From: Syntrophales bacterium
GTDB taxonomy: Bacteria > Desulfobacterota > Syntrophia > Syntrophales > UBA2210
Reading direction: 5' to 3'
Assembly: GCA_963662405.2 (NCBI GenBank)
Contig: CAXXKT010000001.1
Coordinates: 1,344,001-1,408,000, forward strand
DNA length: 64,000 nt
Shown: one piece after another, positions 62,423 to 64,000 of the stretch
Numbering within the stretch: the first letter of the stretch is position 1
Layout: each line of letters starts with the position of its first letter
Notes under the pieces: generated by a model
What the model was told of the DNA's origin: nothing
The model's database searches: none
What the model saw: only the letters and a program-made list of their open reading frames with translations
Translations under genes and position numbers: made by a program

Positions 62423-62469
62423 TGTGACATGTCACACATATGTGGCGCACAGTAGTGTGACATGTCACT
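62423..62469. promoter_or_regulatory. Paired palindromic enhancer-like (UAS) sites
   Basis: TGTGACATGTCACA (62423-62436) and TGTGACATGTCACT (62456-62469), 33 bp apart. Confidence 0.7.
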
Positions 62470-62473
62470 CTCG

Positions 62474-64000
62474 TCAGTGAGGTTCGGTGATCTGAAGTTT
62501 GTTAATTTTTCGGTAAATGGTTCGCCGGTTAATTCCCAACAGTCGGGCCGCCTTGGCTTTGTTCCAATCGGTTTTATTCAGGACATCGATGATTTCTTGA
62601 TCTTGTTTTGGTTTATTGCCGTTGATTGCGCGGGTAGTGCCGTTCTCCGTCCCCTTGTATCCTCTAATCTCAGGGGATAAATGCTCGGTCTTTATCTCCC
62701 GTCCATTGCACAGCACAAATGCATGTTCCAGGGCATGCTCCAATTCCCTGACATTCCCTGGCCACGGGTAGTTCATAAACTTTTCGAGGGCCTCATGTGA
62801 AATACCTTTGATATTCTTCTTGAATTTTTCATTAAATGAACGACAAAAATGGGTTGTCAACAGGGGCACATCTTCCAGTCGGTCTCGAAGAGGGGGCAGT
62901 GTAATCTCAACAACCTTCAGCCGGTAATACAGATCTTCCCGGAATTCACCTTTCGTTACCTTTTCTTTTAAATCCTTGTTCGTGCACGCAATGACTCGGA
63001 CATCCACTTTCTGAGGATTTGACTCACCGACCCGTTCAAATTCCTTTTCTTGCAAGACCCTCAGGAGTTTCAATTGGATAAGAGGCGAGATGTCACCTAT
63101 TTCATCGATCAGGATCGTTCCTTCATTGGCTGTCTGGAATCGACCGAGCCGATCTCTGATCGCCCCTGTGAAGGCCCCTTTAACATGACCAAATAACTCG
63201 CTCTCCAGCAGATTTTCCGCCAGGGCGGAACAGTTGACCGTTACGAAGGGCTTAAAGGCCCTCTCTCCCCCGTAATGAAGTGCTCTGGCAACGAGTTCCT
63301 TCCCCGTTCCACTTTCTCCGGTGATCAGAACCGTGGTTTGCAAATTTGCAAGATTCTCAAGAAAACTATAGATATCCTGCATTTTCCTGCTTTTGCCGAT
63401 GATTTGTTGAAACTGATATCTCCCTTGTAACTCTTTCTCAAGACCACGCAACTTGGTTACGTCTCGTATCACGAGAACGGCCCCCTTGAACTTGCTCTGT
63501 GAGTCAATAAGAGGAGAACTGGTAATGACAACGACCTGTTGCGGCTTATCATGCCGATGGCATTCAATCTGGTATTCCCTGATTGTTGCTTGTTTTTCCA
63601 GGGTTTCTCGCAAGATATTTTGACATGCCATACTGCATAAGGGGCGCGTTTTCGCGAAGGGTGACCCGGTGATGTCTTCGGAACGTACGCCACAAATTTT
63701 TTCAATGGCCGTGTTCGCGTCGATCACCTTGCTGTCGGTGTCAACGGCAATGATGCCTTCCCTTACACTCCCGAAGATGGCCTCCAACCGGCTTCGATGG
63801 TTTGCCAATTCTTCTTCAGTTCTTTTGCGGTCTGTAATATCGTGCCATATCTGCCGGAACCCCGTTGCCTGACCGTTTGTTTCTTTTAAAGAAATCGAGC
63901 ATTCGATAATCCTCCTTTTCCCGTCCTTTCGTACCATGTCATGGATAAATCCTTTACGGGTGGCCTTTGTGGTGTACACCTTGGAGTAGACTCGCTTGAT
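62474..64000 (-). CDS. PAS-domain sigma54-dependent activator (bEBP), 5' truncated by window
   Basis: PAS domains, GESGTGKE, ESELFGH.KGAFTGA, WPGNVREL, C-terminal Fis HTH. Confidence 0.95.
   Translation of the reverse strand: MKRVYSKVYTTKATRKGFIHDMVRKDGKRRIIECSISLKETNGQATGFRQIWHDITDRKRTEEELANHRSRLEAIFGSVREGIIAVDTDSKVIDANTAIEKICGVRSEDITGSPFAKTRPLCSMACQNILRETLEKQATIREYQIECHRHDKPQQVVVITSSPLIDSQSKFKGAVLVIRDVTKLRGLEKELQGRYQFQQIIGKSRKMQDIYSFLENLANLQTTVLITGESGTGKELVARALHYGGERAFKPFVTVNCSALAENLLESELFGHVKGAFTGAIRDRLGRFQTANEGTILIDEIGDISPLIQLKLLRVLQEKEFERVGESNPQKVDVRVIACTNKDLKEKVTKGEFREDLYYRLKVVEITLPPLRDRLEDVPLLTTHFCRSFNEKFKKNIKGISHEALEKFMNYPWPGNVRELEHALEHAFVLCNGREIKTEHLSPEIRGYKGTENGTTRAINGNKPKQDQEIIDVLNKTDWNKAKAARLLGINRRTIYRKINKLQITEPH

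Overview
Bacterial chromosome segment of moderately high GC. Gene content and order suggest a Desulfobacterota/Syntrophales-like anaerobe (inference). About 1-26 kb is mostly core genes: lspA, a TRAP transporter, hisI-G-B-[lipoprotein]-A, HIT-yqeY-dnaG-rpoD, xseAB-ispA-dxs-tlyA-ispH(+UbiA-like fusion), nfu-fdx-tmk-holB-yaaT-metG. Next come a LIV-type ABC transporter operon ending in a long-chain acyl-CoA ligase, a MocR/PLP-decarboxylase/PhzF/GNAT-pseudogene islet, efp-epmA, and a rearranged type II secretion cluster (I-J-K-L-M-N-C-exeA-exeB-like-D-E, no F/G/H). Directly upstream of the T2SS genes are three lipoprotein carboxylesterase genes sharing a ~200-aa N-terminal module. Two share a ~600-bp near-identical repeat; the third is broken by a deletion and carries a second hydrolase domain. 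They are preceded by a sigma54 activator, palindromic enhancer-like sites, a -24/-12 promoter and an 8-bp VNTR. Most notable: (i) this candidate sigma54-controlled, T2SS-exported surface esterase system, (ii) a dnaG-linked RpoD with a strongly altered -35 recognition helix (region 4.2), (iii) a MamI-like membrane protein outside any magnetosome cluster. No rRNA, tRNA or CRISPR array was recognised. All calls are by eye from motifs; no database search was run.
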